A stretch of DNA of 53,148 bases from a virus (Duplodnaviria > Caudoviricetes), in IMG/VR virus record IMGVR_UViG_3300044640_000694, positions 1 through 53,148 of that record, one strand, 5' to 3'. Both the position numbers and the translations under genes were made by a program. The notes beneath the pieces are model-generated. The model ran no database searches. It saw nothing but the letters and a program-made list of their open reading frames with translations, and had not been told where the DNA came from. This document shows, in pieces, positions 7,899 through 17,015 of the stretch. Positions within the stretch are counted from its first letter, which is position 1, and the number at the start of each line of letters is the position of its first letter.

Positions 7899-8402
7899 CT
7901 AGTTAATGCTTGACTTTGCCAGATATTCGGTAGACCAAGCAGACCAGTTCTTACCACCATTTGACATTTGATATGCAACCTGAGCACTAATGAGTGGATT
8001 GTATAAATCTTCATTAGACTTTAGCCCATACTTTTTTCTACGATCAGGTCCCATTGAACCAGTCATATTAATCTGAAATAGTCCATAGCAATTGCTAGAC
8101 TTGTTTAGTGCCATTGGTCTATTAGTAGATTCATAGAAGACAATGGCTTTTGCCATCTTTAGGCCATTACCAGAAAAACCAGCCTGTCTAAGTATTGAGT
8201 CAAGCTCATCATCAGACAGCTGGGTCTTCCTGTCGTAATTAGCCTCTACAAGCTCATATGAGCCACGATCAAAGCTAATGGCATAATTAGGCACAAAAAG
8301 TGTCTGAGTCGCTGAGAAATGATCCTCATCGCTTTGAGACACATTTGCGGTAGTTAGACTTGTAATCAAGCCCACTGTTGCTGTTATTGCGTATAGTCTC
8401 AT
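7899..8402 (-). CDS. Secreted lysozyme-like or lytic transglycosylase
   Basis: Signal-peptide-like N-terminus; catalytic-type ES (FYEST), YGLFQIN, LYNPLISAQVA, WSAW. Confidence 0.85.
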   Translation of the reverse strand: MRLYAITATVGLITSLTTANVSQSDEDHFSATQTLFVPNYAISFDRGSYELVEANYDRKTQLSDDELDSILRQAGFSGNGLKMAKAIVFYESTNRPMALNKSSNCYGLFQINMTGSMGPDRRKKYGLKSNEDLYNPLISAQVAYQMSNGGKNWSAWSTEYLAKSSIN

Positions 8403-9022
8403 TAGTTTTCGATAACCCTGACAAAAGAGATTTCACTGTTCTTGAATGCTGGTGAGTCAAGAGAAATCTTTTCTGTCTTTGTTCCTTTTCTAAATCCAGC
8501 GTGAATAATTTTATTGTTTCCCACATAGATTCCTACATGGTAGTACTTTTCTGAGTTGAGGTGGCTAAAGGCAACAATGTCGCCTAGCTTTGGGGTCTCT
8601 ACATGGTATCCTGCGTACTTACCCTGCTTAGATGCAGAATGCTCAATCTCAATGCCAAGACCTTCATAAAACCATCTCGTCATTCCAGAGCAGTCCCATC
8701 CTCTAGGGCTAGACCCACTAAAAACATACCAGGTCTTACCGACATGTTTTTGAAGTTCGGCAACCCTGTCTTTCAATGCTTGCTCATTTACAAGCTTTGC
8801 TCTGTTAGCCTCAGCCGCTTCAATTTTTAATCTTAGTGCTTCTGCAGCTTGCTGCTCTAGCATTGTTTGCTCTTTGTGTCTCTCAACAATTTGAGACATT
8901 TGGTTTACCTTGTAAACTGGCTTATATTCAATTATACTTGATGATTTATGGTCATCAGCCACGGTAGCTGCAGAACAGCCAAGTAATACTACTACCGCTC
9001 CTAGTATTGCAACCTTTTTCAA
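8402..9022 (-). CDS. NlpC/P60 cell-wall peptidase with signal peptide (possible lipoprotein)
   Basis: YVFSG...WDCSG, GDIVAF, HVGIYVG...IIHA; LLGC lipobox-like; AGGAGG SD before the TTG start. Confidence 0.92.
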   Translation of the reverse strand: MKKVAILGAVVVLLGCSAATVADDHKSSSIIEYKPVYKVNQMSQIVERHKEQTMLEQQAAEALRLKIEAAEANRAKLVNEQALKDRVAELQKHVGKTWYVFSGSSPRGWDCSGMTRWFYEGLGIEIEHSASKQGKYAGYHVETPKLGDIVAFSHLNSEKYYHVGIYVGNNKIIHAGFRKGTKTEKISLDSPAFKNSEISFVRVIEN

Positions 9023-9071
9023 ATTGCACCTCCTAAAGCAAAAAGACCTTGTTTAAGGGTCTTGTCCTAAA

Positions 9072-9108
9072 ATTATACCACTTTTTAGTCATTTTGTCAT
9101 GCTATAAT
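9072..9108. promoter_or_regulatory. Divergent extended -10 promoters
   Basis: TGGTATAAT on minus (9080-9072); TGCTATAAT on plus (9100-9108) 7 nt before ATG 9116. Confidence 0.75.
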
Positions 9109-9115
9109 TAAATTT

Positions 9116-9619
9116 ATGGCTACTGGCGAATCTCAAACATATGAACTACCATACCCAGAATCTGACGACCCAGTCAACGTTCATGGGGATATCAGGCAAC
9201 TAGTTGAAAAGCTAGAGGCAGTATTGCCACTTGCATCATATTCGCAAATTAGGGTGTCAAATGATAGTGGACAGGCCATCACCGCAGGTGATCCAGTCTA
9301 TGTCACTGGTTATGAAACTGCAACAACGGTTGCTAAGGCAACCTCTTCAACAACACAGCCAATTTTGGGTCTAGCTAAAGCAAACATTGCTAATGGTGCA
9401 AATGGTATTGTTGTTGTTTCTGGAATTCTAGAAAATGTTAATACTTCTGGATTTACTGCTGGAGACATTCTATATGCAGGAACCTCTGGCGGTTTGACAA
9501 CTCAGCAAGATGTTGGTGGTGCAGTAGGAATCGTTGCTTATGCAGCTTCTGAAGGACTTATTATTGTTGAGGCAAAGGGAAATGGAACTTGGGGGGCACT
9601 TAAAGCTGGCTTGGCTTAG
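9116..9619 (+). CDS. Virion protein with capsid-cement/DUF2190-like domain
   Basis: ITAGDPVYV...ILGLA...GIVVVSG...FTAGDILY pattern; LPYP N-terminal anchor. Confidence 0.6.
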   Translation: MATGESQTYELPYPESDDPVNVHGDIRQLVEKLEAVLPLASYSQIRVSNDSGQAITAGDPVYVTGYETATTVAKATSSTTQPILGLAKANIANGANGIVVVSGILENVNTSGFTAGDILYAGTSGGLTTQQDVGGAVGIVAYAASEGLIIVEAKGNGTWGALKAGLA

Positions 9620-9633
9620 TGTATAATAAACTT

Positions 9634-10044
9634 ATGGCTACTACTAGAGGATCTGCTTCGTCTTATGACGTTGGAAACAAACCACCGATTGTTAACTGGA
9701 CAGTCGTTCGTGGTGATACCGCTTCGTTCAGGGTATATGTAACTGATGATGCTAAGCAACCACTTAACATTCCAGACTGGGATATCTCTATGAAGATTAA
9801 GCGACCAAACTCTGTTGCAAACCTTGGAGTCATTACAGATGATGCAACGTTGGTTATGACCCTTACCCCTGAGGCTGACCTTGATGATGCTCCAGGAGAG
9901 TTTACCGTATCTTTAACAGCATCTGAGTCACACGATCTAGAAACTGGAGACATCTTTGATATTCAGTTATCAACAGACAATGATTTAATTGTTTGGACGG
10001 TAGCTCAGGGCAAGATGATCATCCTTGAGGATGTAACTGACTAA
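9634..10044 (+). CDS. Virion adaptor protein (BppU N-terminal-like), third paralog
   Basis: VVRGDT...FDIQL...GKMIILEDVT; ATG 6 nt after TATAAT 9622-9627. Confidence 0.65.
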   Translation: MATTRGSASSYDVGNKPPIVNWTVVRGDTASFRVYVTDDAKQPLNIPDWDISMKIKRPNSVANLGVITDDATLVMTLTPEADLDDAPGEFTVSLTASESHDLETGDIFDIQLSTDNDLIVWTVAQGKMIILEDVTD

Positions 10045-10268
10045 TGGCTAAAGCAGTCATTATAGATGAGCAGAAGGTTAAGACCAGAAAGCTATCATCT
10101 AAACTTTTCCCAATTTTTAATATTGTTCGTCCAAAAAGAACGGTATTGATAAACCAAACAATCCCATTTAGAGTAAAGTTTACTAATATTGGAATTGAGG
10201 GCTACGGTCCTAACAATGTGCCAGGTATTGGCATTCAGGTCATTGGCTACAGCAACTACATCCTATAA
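10044..10268 (+). CDS. Small basic hypothetical protein
   Basis: TAATG-coupled ORF; C-terminal PGIGIQVIG. Confidence 0.7.
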   Translation: MAKAVIIDEQKVKTRKLSSKLFPIFNIVRPKRTVLINQTIPFRVKFTNIGIEGYGPNNVPGIGIQVIGYSNYIL

Positions 10269-10288
10269 AATGCCTGTATAATTAAACC

Positions 10289-10735
10289 ATGGCAAGAACC
10301 TCTATACCCTATGTAAAAACACGCTTTGAGACTGGAGATCGTCCATCTCAGGAAGACTATGCGGATCTTATTGATACCGCTTCTGGTCAGGCTACTGACC
10401 TTGGAACATCTGGCAATAATGAAACCACAATAAATGGTATCGAAAACCCAACTGTAGTAGATAGCTTTGATGCAACGGTATGGAGAATGGTTAAGTATAT
10501 TATTTCATTATCAAAAACTTCTCAGGGAGATAATTACTTCTATGCCACAGAGTTGACCATCCTAGTAGACGGAGAAAATGTTTCCGTTTCTGAGTATGGC
10601 ACAATAGACAACGATGGGAATATGGGCACCATTAGTGTCTCTAGGGCTGGAGATACTGTAGCACTTACAGTTACCCCAGATTCAGTCATAAAGCCAGTCA
10701 CCGTACGTTATGCACGTATGGGACTTAAGGCATAA
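10289..10735 (+). CDS. Virion fibre base or adaptor protein
   Basis: FETGDRPSQEDYADLID N-terminus; C-terminal domain (SEYGTI) similar to the C-terminus of 10752-13112. Confidence 0.7.
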   Translation: MARTSIPYVKTRFETGDRPSQEDYADLIDTASGQATDLGTSGNNETTINGIENPTVVDSFDATVWRMVKYIISLSKTSQGDNYFYATELTILVDGENVSVSEYGTIDNDGNMGTISVSRAGDTVALTVTPDSVIKPVTVRYARMGLKA

Positions 10736-10751
10736 TTAAAAGGAGATAAAA

Positions 10752-13112
10752 ATGGCTACAGTCGTAAAAGACTTTAAAATTAAGAGTGGGCTTATTGTCG
10801 AAGGTACCACTGGTAAGATTAACAACTTCGACATTCTAACCAAGAAGCAGGCAGACCAGGACTTCATCATCGATCTAATCGGTGGAGAAACTCTAGTCAA
10901 GTCTGTAACAGGAAATTTGTCAGTAGATGGTGCAGGAGCACTTTCGCTTGACCAGGTATCACTTGCTGGAGAAATGGCAGGAAATTACCTAACCACTAGC
11001 GGTGACAACCTTGATGTTGATATTGACTCAATTTCAGATGACCTGATTGGCTCTTATGACTTTGCAACAAACTCAGATATCACATTTGCAGTTGGACAAG
11101 AAGCCACAAACCGTGATACTGCAATTTCAAACCACAGCTCTGAGACAACTGGTGTACACGGAGTAACAGGCAACGTTGTAGGAACTTCTGACTCTCAGAC
11201 TCTAACTAACAAGACTCTAGGTTCAGGAACCAACCTCTCTGTAGCTCTAGATATGAACGGTAACAAGATTGAAGATCTTGGAACACCTACTGCTGGTACA
11301 GATGCTACAACTAAGAACTATGTAGACGATGCAGACACCGCAACTCTTGGCTCTGCAAACGAGTATACCGATGACGAGATTACTGCTCTAGACACATCCC
11401 TAAGGACATATGCAGACCAAGCAGAAACAGACGCAAAGGCATACACTGATACTCGTGAAGGTGTTATCACAACAGCTTATCAGCTATATGCAGACACAGC
11501 TGAGGCAGATGCTATTTCAACAGCTGCAGCATATACTGACCAGGCTGAGCTTGATGCAATTGATGCAGCAGCCACTGCTGCAGCAGCTCTATATGCACCA
11601 CTTGCTGGAGCAACCTTTACTGGAGAAGTTCTGCTTCACGCAGATCCAACTCAGGCACTTGGTGCAGTTACAAAGCAGTACGTAGATGCAATTGCAGAAG
11701 GTCTGCACGTTCACGCATCTACAGTTGCAGCTACTACCGCAAACGTAGACCTTGCAACAGGTGGATTGCTAACAATTGATGGCGTAGGTCTGAATGAAGA
11801 TGAGCGTGTTCTTGTTAAGAATCAGTCAAATGCTACTCAGAATGGTATCTATCTAGCCAAGCCTGGTGCTTGGGTACGTGCAGATGACTACAATTCTGCT
11901 GCAGAAATTCAGGGTGGTGACTTTACCTTCGTAACTGGCGGTAATACTTATGCAAGTACTGGATGGGTTCAGACAAACGTTGTAACAACTCTAGGCACTT
12001 CAACAATTAACTTTGAACAGTTCTCTGGTGCTGGTGAGTATGTTGCAGGTACTGGTCTAACTCTAAGTGGAAACTCATTCGCAATTGATGACACCGTTAC
12101 AGCTACAAGGTCCTATGTTGACGGAGAAATCTCAGACCTAGACATCGCTGCTCAGGGCTATGCAGATACTGCAGAAGGTAATGCAAATGACTATACAGAC
12201 ACTCGTGAGGCTGCAATTACTGCTGCTTATGAGGGTTATGCAGATCAGGCAGAAGCAGATGCAAAAACATATGCTGACGGCGTAGCTCTTACTGCAGAAA
12301 ATAATGCAAAGTCTTACACAGATACTCGTGAAACAGCAATTACAACTGCTTACCAGAACTATGCTGACCTAGCTGAAGCTGATGCAAAGCTTTACACAGA
12401 TGACGAAATTGCTGCACTAGATAGTGATGACATTGAAGAGGGTGCAACAAACCTCTACTTCACTAACCAGCGAGCAATCGATGCAGTAGGTGGAACCATT
12501 GGAGACGCTATTGATGCCCTAGACACAGACGACATTGAAGAAGGAGCAACTAACCTATACTTCACTGATGGTCGTGCTAAGACATCTGCAGCAGAGCTTC
12601 TAACTGGTGCAACACTAACTAACATCACAATCACTGGTAACGGTTCTGGTCTTACCATTACTGCAGAAAACGGTGTTGCAGACTCTGACACTGACGACTT
12701 GACTGAGGGTACAAACAATCTTTACTTTACAGATCAGCGAGCAGTAGATGCACTTCAGGGCACTGACTCAATGTTCAACACAGTAAGCATTGATGAGGTT
12801 GCTCTTCAGGTTGCCTCCACTCTATCAGCAGCAACAGCAGGCGTTCAGTCAGCCTACACCTGGAACTCGGCAGACTACAGCTCTGCAGAATTCCTAGTAA
12901 AGGTAGCATATGGAACTCACACAGAGGTATCAAAGGTTCTTTTGACTCTAGACACTTCTGATAACATTGCTATTACTGAGTATGGAATTGTTGGAACCAA
13001 TGGTTCTGCATCTAGCATCTCTGCTAGTGTGGCTGCTGGTGTAGTTAGCCTAGACGTAACTACAGTCAACAACAACTCTACAGTTACCGTAGTCGGTACA
13101 CTGCTAGCATAA
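10752..13112 (+). CDS. Long tail fibre protein (786 aa)
   Basis: DATTKNYVD/AVTKQYVD motifs, RVLVKNQ..QNGIY module, YADQAEADA helical repeats, three DDIEEGATNLYFT-type repeats; AGGAG SD. Confidence 0.85.
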   Translation: MATVVKDFKIKSGLIVEGTTGKINNFDILTKKQADQDFIIDLIGGETLVKSVTGNLSVDGAGALSLDQVSLAGEMAGNYLTTSGDNLDVDIDSISDDLIGSYDFATNSDITFAVGQEATNRDTAISNHSSETTGVHGVTGNVVGTSDSQTLTNKTLGSGTNLSVALDMNGNKIEDLGTPTAGTDATTKNYVDDADTATLGSANEYTDDEITALDTSLRTYADQAETDAKAYTDTREGVITTAYQLYADTAEADAISTAAAYTDQAELDAIDAAATAAAALYAPLAGATFTGEVLLHADPTQALGAVTKQYVDAIAEGLHVHASTVAATTANVDLATGGLLTIDGVGLNEDERVLVKNQSNATQNGIYLAKPGAWVRADDYNSAAEIQGGDFTFVTGGNTYASTGWVQTNVVTTLGTSTINFEQFSGAGEYVAGTGLTLSGNSFAIDDTVTATRSYVDGEISDLDIAAQGYADTAEGNANDYTDTREAAITAAYEGYADQAEADAKTYADGVALTAENNAKSYTDTRETAITTAYQNYADLAEADAKLYTDDEIAALDSDDIEEGATNLYFTNQRAIDAVGGTIGDAIDALDTDDIEEGATNLYFTDGRAKTSAAELLTGATLTNITITGNGSGLTITAENGVADSDTDDLTEGTNNLYFTDQRAVDALQGTDSMFNTVSIDEVALQVASTLSAATAGVQSAYTWNSADYSSAEFLVKVAYGTHTEVSKVLLTLDTSDNIAITEYGIVGTNGSASSISASVAAGVVSLDVTTVNNNSTVTVVGTLLA

Positions 13113-13128
13113 ATTAAATAAAGGTTTC

Positions 13129-13155
13129 TGGTGGGGTTCCTCAAAAACCCCACCA
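13129..13155 (+). terminator. Stem-loop, probable terminator
   Basis: TGGTGGGGTT/AACCCCACCA 10-bp stem, 7-nt loop; weak U-tract. Confidence 0.65.
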
Positions 13156-13182
13156 CTTATAAGTTTTAATTAGGAGAATGCA

Positions 13183-13632
13183 ATGGCTACAACAGAAAAA
13201 GACTTCAAAGTCAAAAATGGGCTAATCGTTACAGACGGCGGTAGCTTTGGAGGGACTGTTGCAGTTGCTGAACCAACAGAATCAACACATGCAGTAACTA
13301 AGTCATATGTAGACTCTAGACTATTGATAGTTCAAGAGACAGCACCAGAAAATCCAACTGTTGGAATGCAGTGGTTGAATACAGCTAATTCTAGAGTACA
13401 CATTTATTTTGATGATGAATGGATTGTGTTAGCAACATACAACGATGTCCTCAATCTGCCTCAGCACATCCACGATACATCAATTGGTGGAGATGGACTT
13501 ATTGTTAGTATTTTCCAGGATGGTGGATTCTACGATGGAGATTTTGTATCTGTTACGGATGCAGGCTATTACAACCTAAATGAATGGGCAATGACCTGGA
13601 ATGGTGGAATAGCAATAGATAACTTTAATTAA
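13183..13632 (+). CDS. Short fibre connector protein
   Basis: N-terminus MATTEKDFKVKNGLIV matches that of 10752; HAVTKSYVD; APENPTVGMQWLN. Confidence 0.75.
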   Translation: MATTEKDFKVKNGLIVTDGGSFGGTVAVAEPTESTHAVTKSYVDSRLLIVQETAPENPTVGMQWLNTANSRVHIYFDDEWIVLATYNDVLNLPQHIHDTSIGGDGLIVSIFQDGGFYDGDFVSVTDAGYYNLNEWAMTWNGGIAIDNFN

Positions 13633-13648
13633 GCGTTCATAAAAGGAA

Positions 13649-13657
13649 TGTTATAAT
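13649..13657 (+). promoter_or_regulatory. Extended -10 promoter TGTTATAAT
   Basis: Intergenic, upstream of SD-led gene 13708. Confidence 0.6.
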
Positions 13658-13707
13658 TATAAAAGAATAGTAAGGGTTAGAGCCCAAATATTAGGAGATA
13701 AAATACT

Positions 13708-15423
13708 ATGGCAACAAGAATGCAGCAACGTAGAGGAACAGAGTCTCAGTGGGGCACTGCTAACCCTATTCTAGCAGCTGGTGAGATCGGTTTTGAAATC
13801 GATACAAATAAATTTAAGATTGGTGACGGAATCAATCACTGGGATGACCTTGACTACTTTACTAGCTCATCTGAGCTACTAGCTATTGTTGATGGTGCAC
13901 CAGAGCTTTTGGATACCCTTAACGAAATAGCTGCAGCAATTGGTGATGACCCAAACTTCTCATCTAAGGTTGTTCCTATTGTCAAGAAGACTACCGTTCA
14001 GTGGACTGCAGACACATCTGCTATCGCAGCAGGAACCCTGGCATATGACACAACCACAGGAAAGTTTAAGATTGGAAACGGTACTGATACCTGGAGCAAT
14101 ACATCCTATCTAATCAATGCTCTAGAGATGAATGAGTCTATTACCTCAGGAATTACAGCTAGAATCGGAAGTCTTACAGTAACAGAGGCTGAGTATCTAT
14201 CTGGTGCTACAGCATCTATTCAGGGACAACTAGATGATCTTGCTGCTGCTGACGTAAGCATTCAAAGTGAGCTAGATGATAAGGCAACAACCTCTAACCC
14301 TACTTTTACTGGAACAGTAGTATTGCCAACAAGCACATCTATTGGCGATGTTTCTTCTACAGAAATTGGCTATCTAAATGGCGTAACTTCTGGAATTCAG
14401 ACTCAACTAGATGCAAAGCTTGCATCAGCTACTGCATCATCAACATATGCACCACTAAGCGGACCAACCTTTACAGGAACAGTAGTTCTTCCAAGCACTA
14501 CCTCGATCGGAGATGTTTCATCTACTGAGCTTGGATATGTAAATGGTGTTACATCTGCCATTCAGACACAGCTAGATGCTAAGGCACCTACAGCAGATCC
14601 AACATTTACTGGAACTGTTTCTGGTGTCACAAAGACTCACGTAGGACTTGGTAACGTAGACAACACATCTGACGCTAACAAGCCAGTATCTACAGCCACT
14701 CAAACTGCACTTGATGCGAAGGCAAACCTTTCTGGTGCAACTTTTACTGGTGATGTAACTGTAGAAACAGACCTAATTGTTGATGGTAACCTAACTGTTT
14801 CTGGTACTACAACTACAGTTTCTGCACAAGACCTAGTTGTTTCTGACCCACTAATCTATATTGGTGAGGGAAATACCGCTAATCTAGTTGACATTGGTCT
14901 AGTTGGATCATTCGACAATGGAACCTATCAGCACTCAGGTATCGTTCGTGATGCCTCTGCTGGAAAGTGGAAGCTTTTCAAGGGCGTAACTGATGAACCA
15001 ACAACTACTGTTAACTTTGGACAAGGATCTCTTGATGACCTTGCTGTTAATAATGTTGAGGTTTCTGGAGTTGTATTCTCTGACGGCACTCAGACAAAGC
15101 AGGGTGTTCCATCTATCACTACAATCAGTGCAAAGACAGACTCATATACACTTTCTAACCTAGATGAACGTGATACAATTGTTGAGATTAATAAGTCAAC
15201 TGCAACTACTTTGACTATTCCAACAAATGCTTCAGTAGCTTATCCAGTAGGAACAACGCTTGATATTATTCAAACTGGTACTGGGCAGGTGACAATTGCT
15301 GGAGCAGGTGGGGTTACTGTAAATGCAACTCCAGGACTAAAGCTTAGAACCCAGTGGTCTTCTGCAACACTTCTAAAGCGAGCAGAAAACACATGGTTGG
15401 TCTACGGAGACCTAACAGCATAA
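13708..15423 (+). CDS. Tail fibre with Mtd-N/hyaluronidase-N-like domains
   Basis: RRGT..W...NPILAAGEIGFEIDTNKFKIGDG...W motif plus a degenerate second copy; PTFTGTVVLP...GVTSxIQTQLDAK repeats; C-terminal ...WLVYGDLTA domain. Confidence 0.85.
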   Translation: MATRMQQRRGTESQWGTANPILAAGEIGFEIDTNKFKIGDGINHWDDLDYFTSSSELLAIVDGAPELLDTLNEIAAAIGDDPNFSSKVVPIVKKTTVQWTADTSAIAAGTLAYDTTTGKFKIGNGTDTWSNTSYLINALEMNESITSGITARIGSLTVTEAEYLSGATASIQGQLDDLAAADVSIQSELDDKATTSNPTFTGTVVLPTSTSIGDVSSTEIGYLNGVTSGIQTQLDAKLASATASSTYAPLSGPTFTGTVVLPSTTSIGDVSSTELGYVNGVTSAIQTQLDAKAPTADPTFTGTVSGVTKTHVGLGNVDNTSDANKPVSTATQTALDAKANLSGATFTGDVTVETDLIVDGNLTVSGTTTTVSAQDLVVSDPLIYIGEGNTANLVDIGLVGSFDNGTYQHSGIVRDASAGKWKLFKGVTDEPTTTVNFGQGSLDDLAVNNVEVSGVVFSDGTQTKQGVPSITTISAKTDSYTLSNLDERDTIVEINKSTATTLTIPTNASVAYPVGTTLDIIQTGTGQVTIAGAGGVTVNATPGLKLRTQWSSATLLKRAENTWLVYGDLTA

Positions 15424-15442
15424 TTAAGGGAAGGCACATAAC

Positions 15443-16210
15443 ATGGCAGCAGGAAAAAGATCAGGAAGAAAGTCTCAGGCATCCAATGACTTTTTGGAGC
15501 CATTGGCACCAACAAGCGTAACTGCAACTGACGTTGGCACTAACAGAGCATTCAACAATGGAGCTGCTTCTGTAAGCTTTTCATTACCAGCACTTTCTCC
15601 TGCAGCAACTTCCTATACAGTAACTGCAACTGCAGCAGGTCAGACAACTAGAACTGCTACTGGATCTTCATCTCCGATTGTTGTAGAAAATCTTTCTTCT
15701 AACGTTACCTATACGGTTAGTGTGACCGCTACAAATGCAGCTGGAACATCTCCAGCATCATCTACTACTACCGTCACAGCTACAACAGTTCCTGCAACTA
15801 TGTCAGCCCCAACAGCTACTGCTCAAACCAATCAGGACAAGCTTGACTGGACGGCTCCAAGCGATGGAGGTAAGTCAATTACACTATATCGCTGGACATC
15901 TTCTGACAATAAGACTGGTACAGTAAATGCTCCTGCTACTACAACCAATATTACTCAGGAAGGCGGAACAGCTCAGACATATCAGATTCGTGCTGAAAAT
16001 GCAAATGGTGTTGGTGTGTATTCTCCTGACTCTAATAGCGTAACAACTATTTCTCCATTTTTCCCACCGTTCTTCCCACCATTTTTCCCACCAAGCTTCC
16101 CATACTTTCCACCGTTCTTCCCGTTCTTCCCGTTCTTCCCAGGGTTTGGACCTTACTTCCCACCTTACTTCCCACCATTCTTTAGGAGTGGAGTGGGTGG
16201 ACCATTCTAA
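15443..16210 (+). CDS. Two-FN3-domain virion protein with a C-terminal 51-aa Pro/Phe/Tyr tract
   Basis: LSSNVTYTVSVTATNAAGTS and YQIRAENANGVG FN3 signatures; tail PFFPPFFPPFFPPSFPYFPPFFPFFPFFPGFGPYFPPYFPPFFRSGVGGPF. Confidence 0.85.
   Translation: MAAGKRSGRKSQASNDFLEPLAPTSVTATDVGTNRAFNNGAASVSFSLPALSPAATSYTVTATAAGQTTRTATGSSSPIVVENLSSNVTYTVSVTATNAAGTSPASSTTTVTATTVPATMSAPTATAQTNQDKLDWTAPSDGGKSITLYRWTSSDNKTGTVNAPATTTNITQEGGTAQTYQIRAENANGVGVYSPDSNSVTTISPFFPPFFPPFFPPSFPYFPPFFPFFPFFPGFGPYFPPYFPPFFRSGVGGPF
16055..16207 (+). repeat. Pro/Phe low-complexity coding tract
   Basis: 19 P, 20 F, 3 Y in 51 codons; mixed synonymous codons. Confidence 0.92.
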
Positions 16211-16226
16211 TCTAAAATAAAAGCAG

Positions 16227-16252
16227 GGGCCTAGGTGAAATATCCTAGGCCC
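16227..16252 (+). terminator. Stem-loop between the FN3 gene and the oxygenase cluster
   Basis: GGGCCTAGG/CCTAGGCCC 9-bp stem; no U-tract on plus. Confidence 0.55.
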
Positions 16253-16254
16253 TA

Positions 16255-16263
16255 TGCTATAAT
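16255..16263 (+). promoter_or_regulatory. Extended -10 promoter TGCTATAAT (leaderless)
   Basis: 7 nt before ATG 16271. Confidence 0.75.
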
Positions 16264-16270
16264 TGAGGAT

Positions 16271-17005
16271 ATGAATACTTGGCTAACAAAAGATAGATCA
16301 GAAACAGACTCAAACAGAATGCCATCTAGGGTAACTCCTAGTGGTATTGTAGTAACTAATCCAGCATTAGGTATTAATGTTTATAACAATGCTATTAGTG
16401 AATCCCTATGTGATTTTATTATTAATACATTAGAAGACAACCTTAATGGTCAAACTAAGTATACTTGGCAGGGTGCTAAGGTTACAGAAGCAGACGATGT
16501 TCTGGAAGAGGCTAGAAAGTGTTTAGACTTTAAGGTAAGTTCTCAAAACCTTGGCCCTAGAGATAACGACAACGCAAAGCTATATGATATGCATGAATTG
16601 GCATTTAGATCAATTCAGCCAAACGTTGATGACTATGGTCGATACTGGGGTGTTGGCGTTAATTTCTTTGAGGCATTTAACTTTGTAAAGTATGATGGTG
16701 CAGGCACACACTTTAAGATACACGCTGACCATGGTCCAGCTTACGTAACTACCATTTCTGTAGTAGCATATGTTAATGATGACTATGAGGGTGGAGAATT
16801 GTACTTTCCAAGATTTAATCTAACCCTTAAGCCAAAGAAGGGCGATGTTATGGTCTTCCCATCAACATATATTTATGAGCATGCCTCTAATGATATGATT
16901 TCTGGCACTAAGTATGCAATTGTTATTATGACTGACTATAATGACCGTGGTGGACTAAGAAACTTTAACTATCGTCAAGAAGACATGAATAGACTAACTT
17001 ATTAA
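16271..17005 (+). CDS. Prolyl-4-hydroxylase-like 2OG-Fe(II) oxygenase 1
   Basis: HAD...NDDYEGGELYF...EH...GTKY; start moved to 16271. Confidence 0.9.
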   Translation: MNTWLTKDRSETDSNRMPSRVTPSGIVVTNPALGINVYNNAISESLCDFIINTLEDNLNGQTKYTWQGAKVTEADDVLEEARKCLDFKVSSQNLGPRDNDNAKLYDMHELAFRSIQPNVDDYGRYWGVGVNFFEAFNFVKYDGAGTHFKIHADHGPAYVTTISVVAYVNDDYEGGELYFPRFNLTLKPKKGDVMVFPSTYIYEHASNDMISGTKYAIVIMTDYNDRGGLRNFNYRQEDMNRLTY

Positions 17006-17015
17006 GGAGAATTTA

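Noticed and set aside
13708-15423. Diversity-generating retroelement suggested by the Mtd-N-like domain
   Set aside because: No reverse transcriptase in the window and no template/variable repeat pair differing at adenines; Mtd-N is only a structural module
16235-16270. Upstream GTG start of oxygenase 1, and similar extended starts at 909, 2467, 2423, 3066, 9619, 25556 and 30724
   Set aside because: The extensions run through hairpins, promoters or the upstream gene; the downstream ATGs fit the promoter spacing or coupling better
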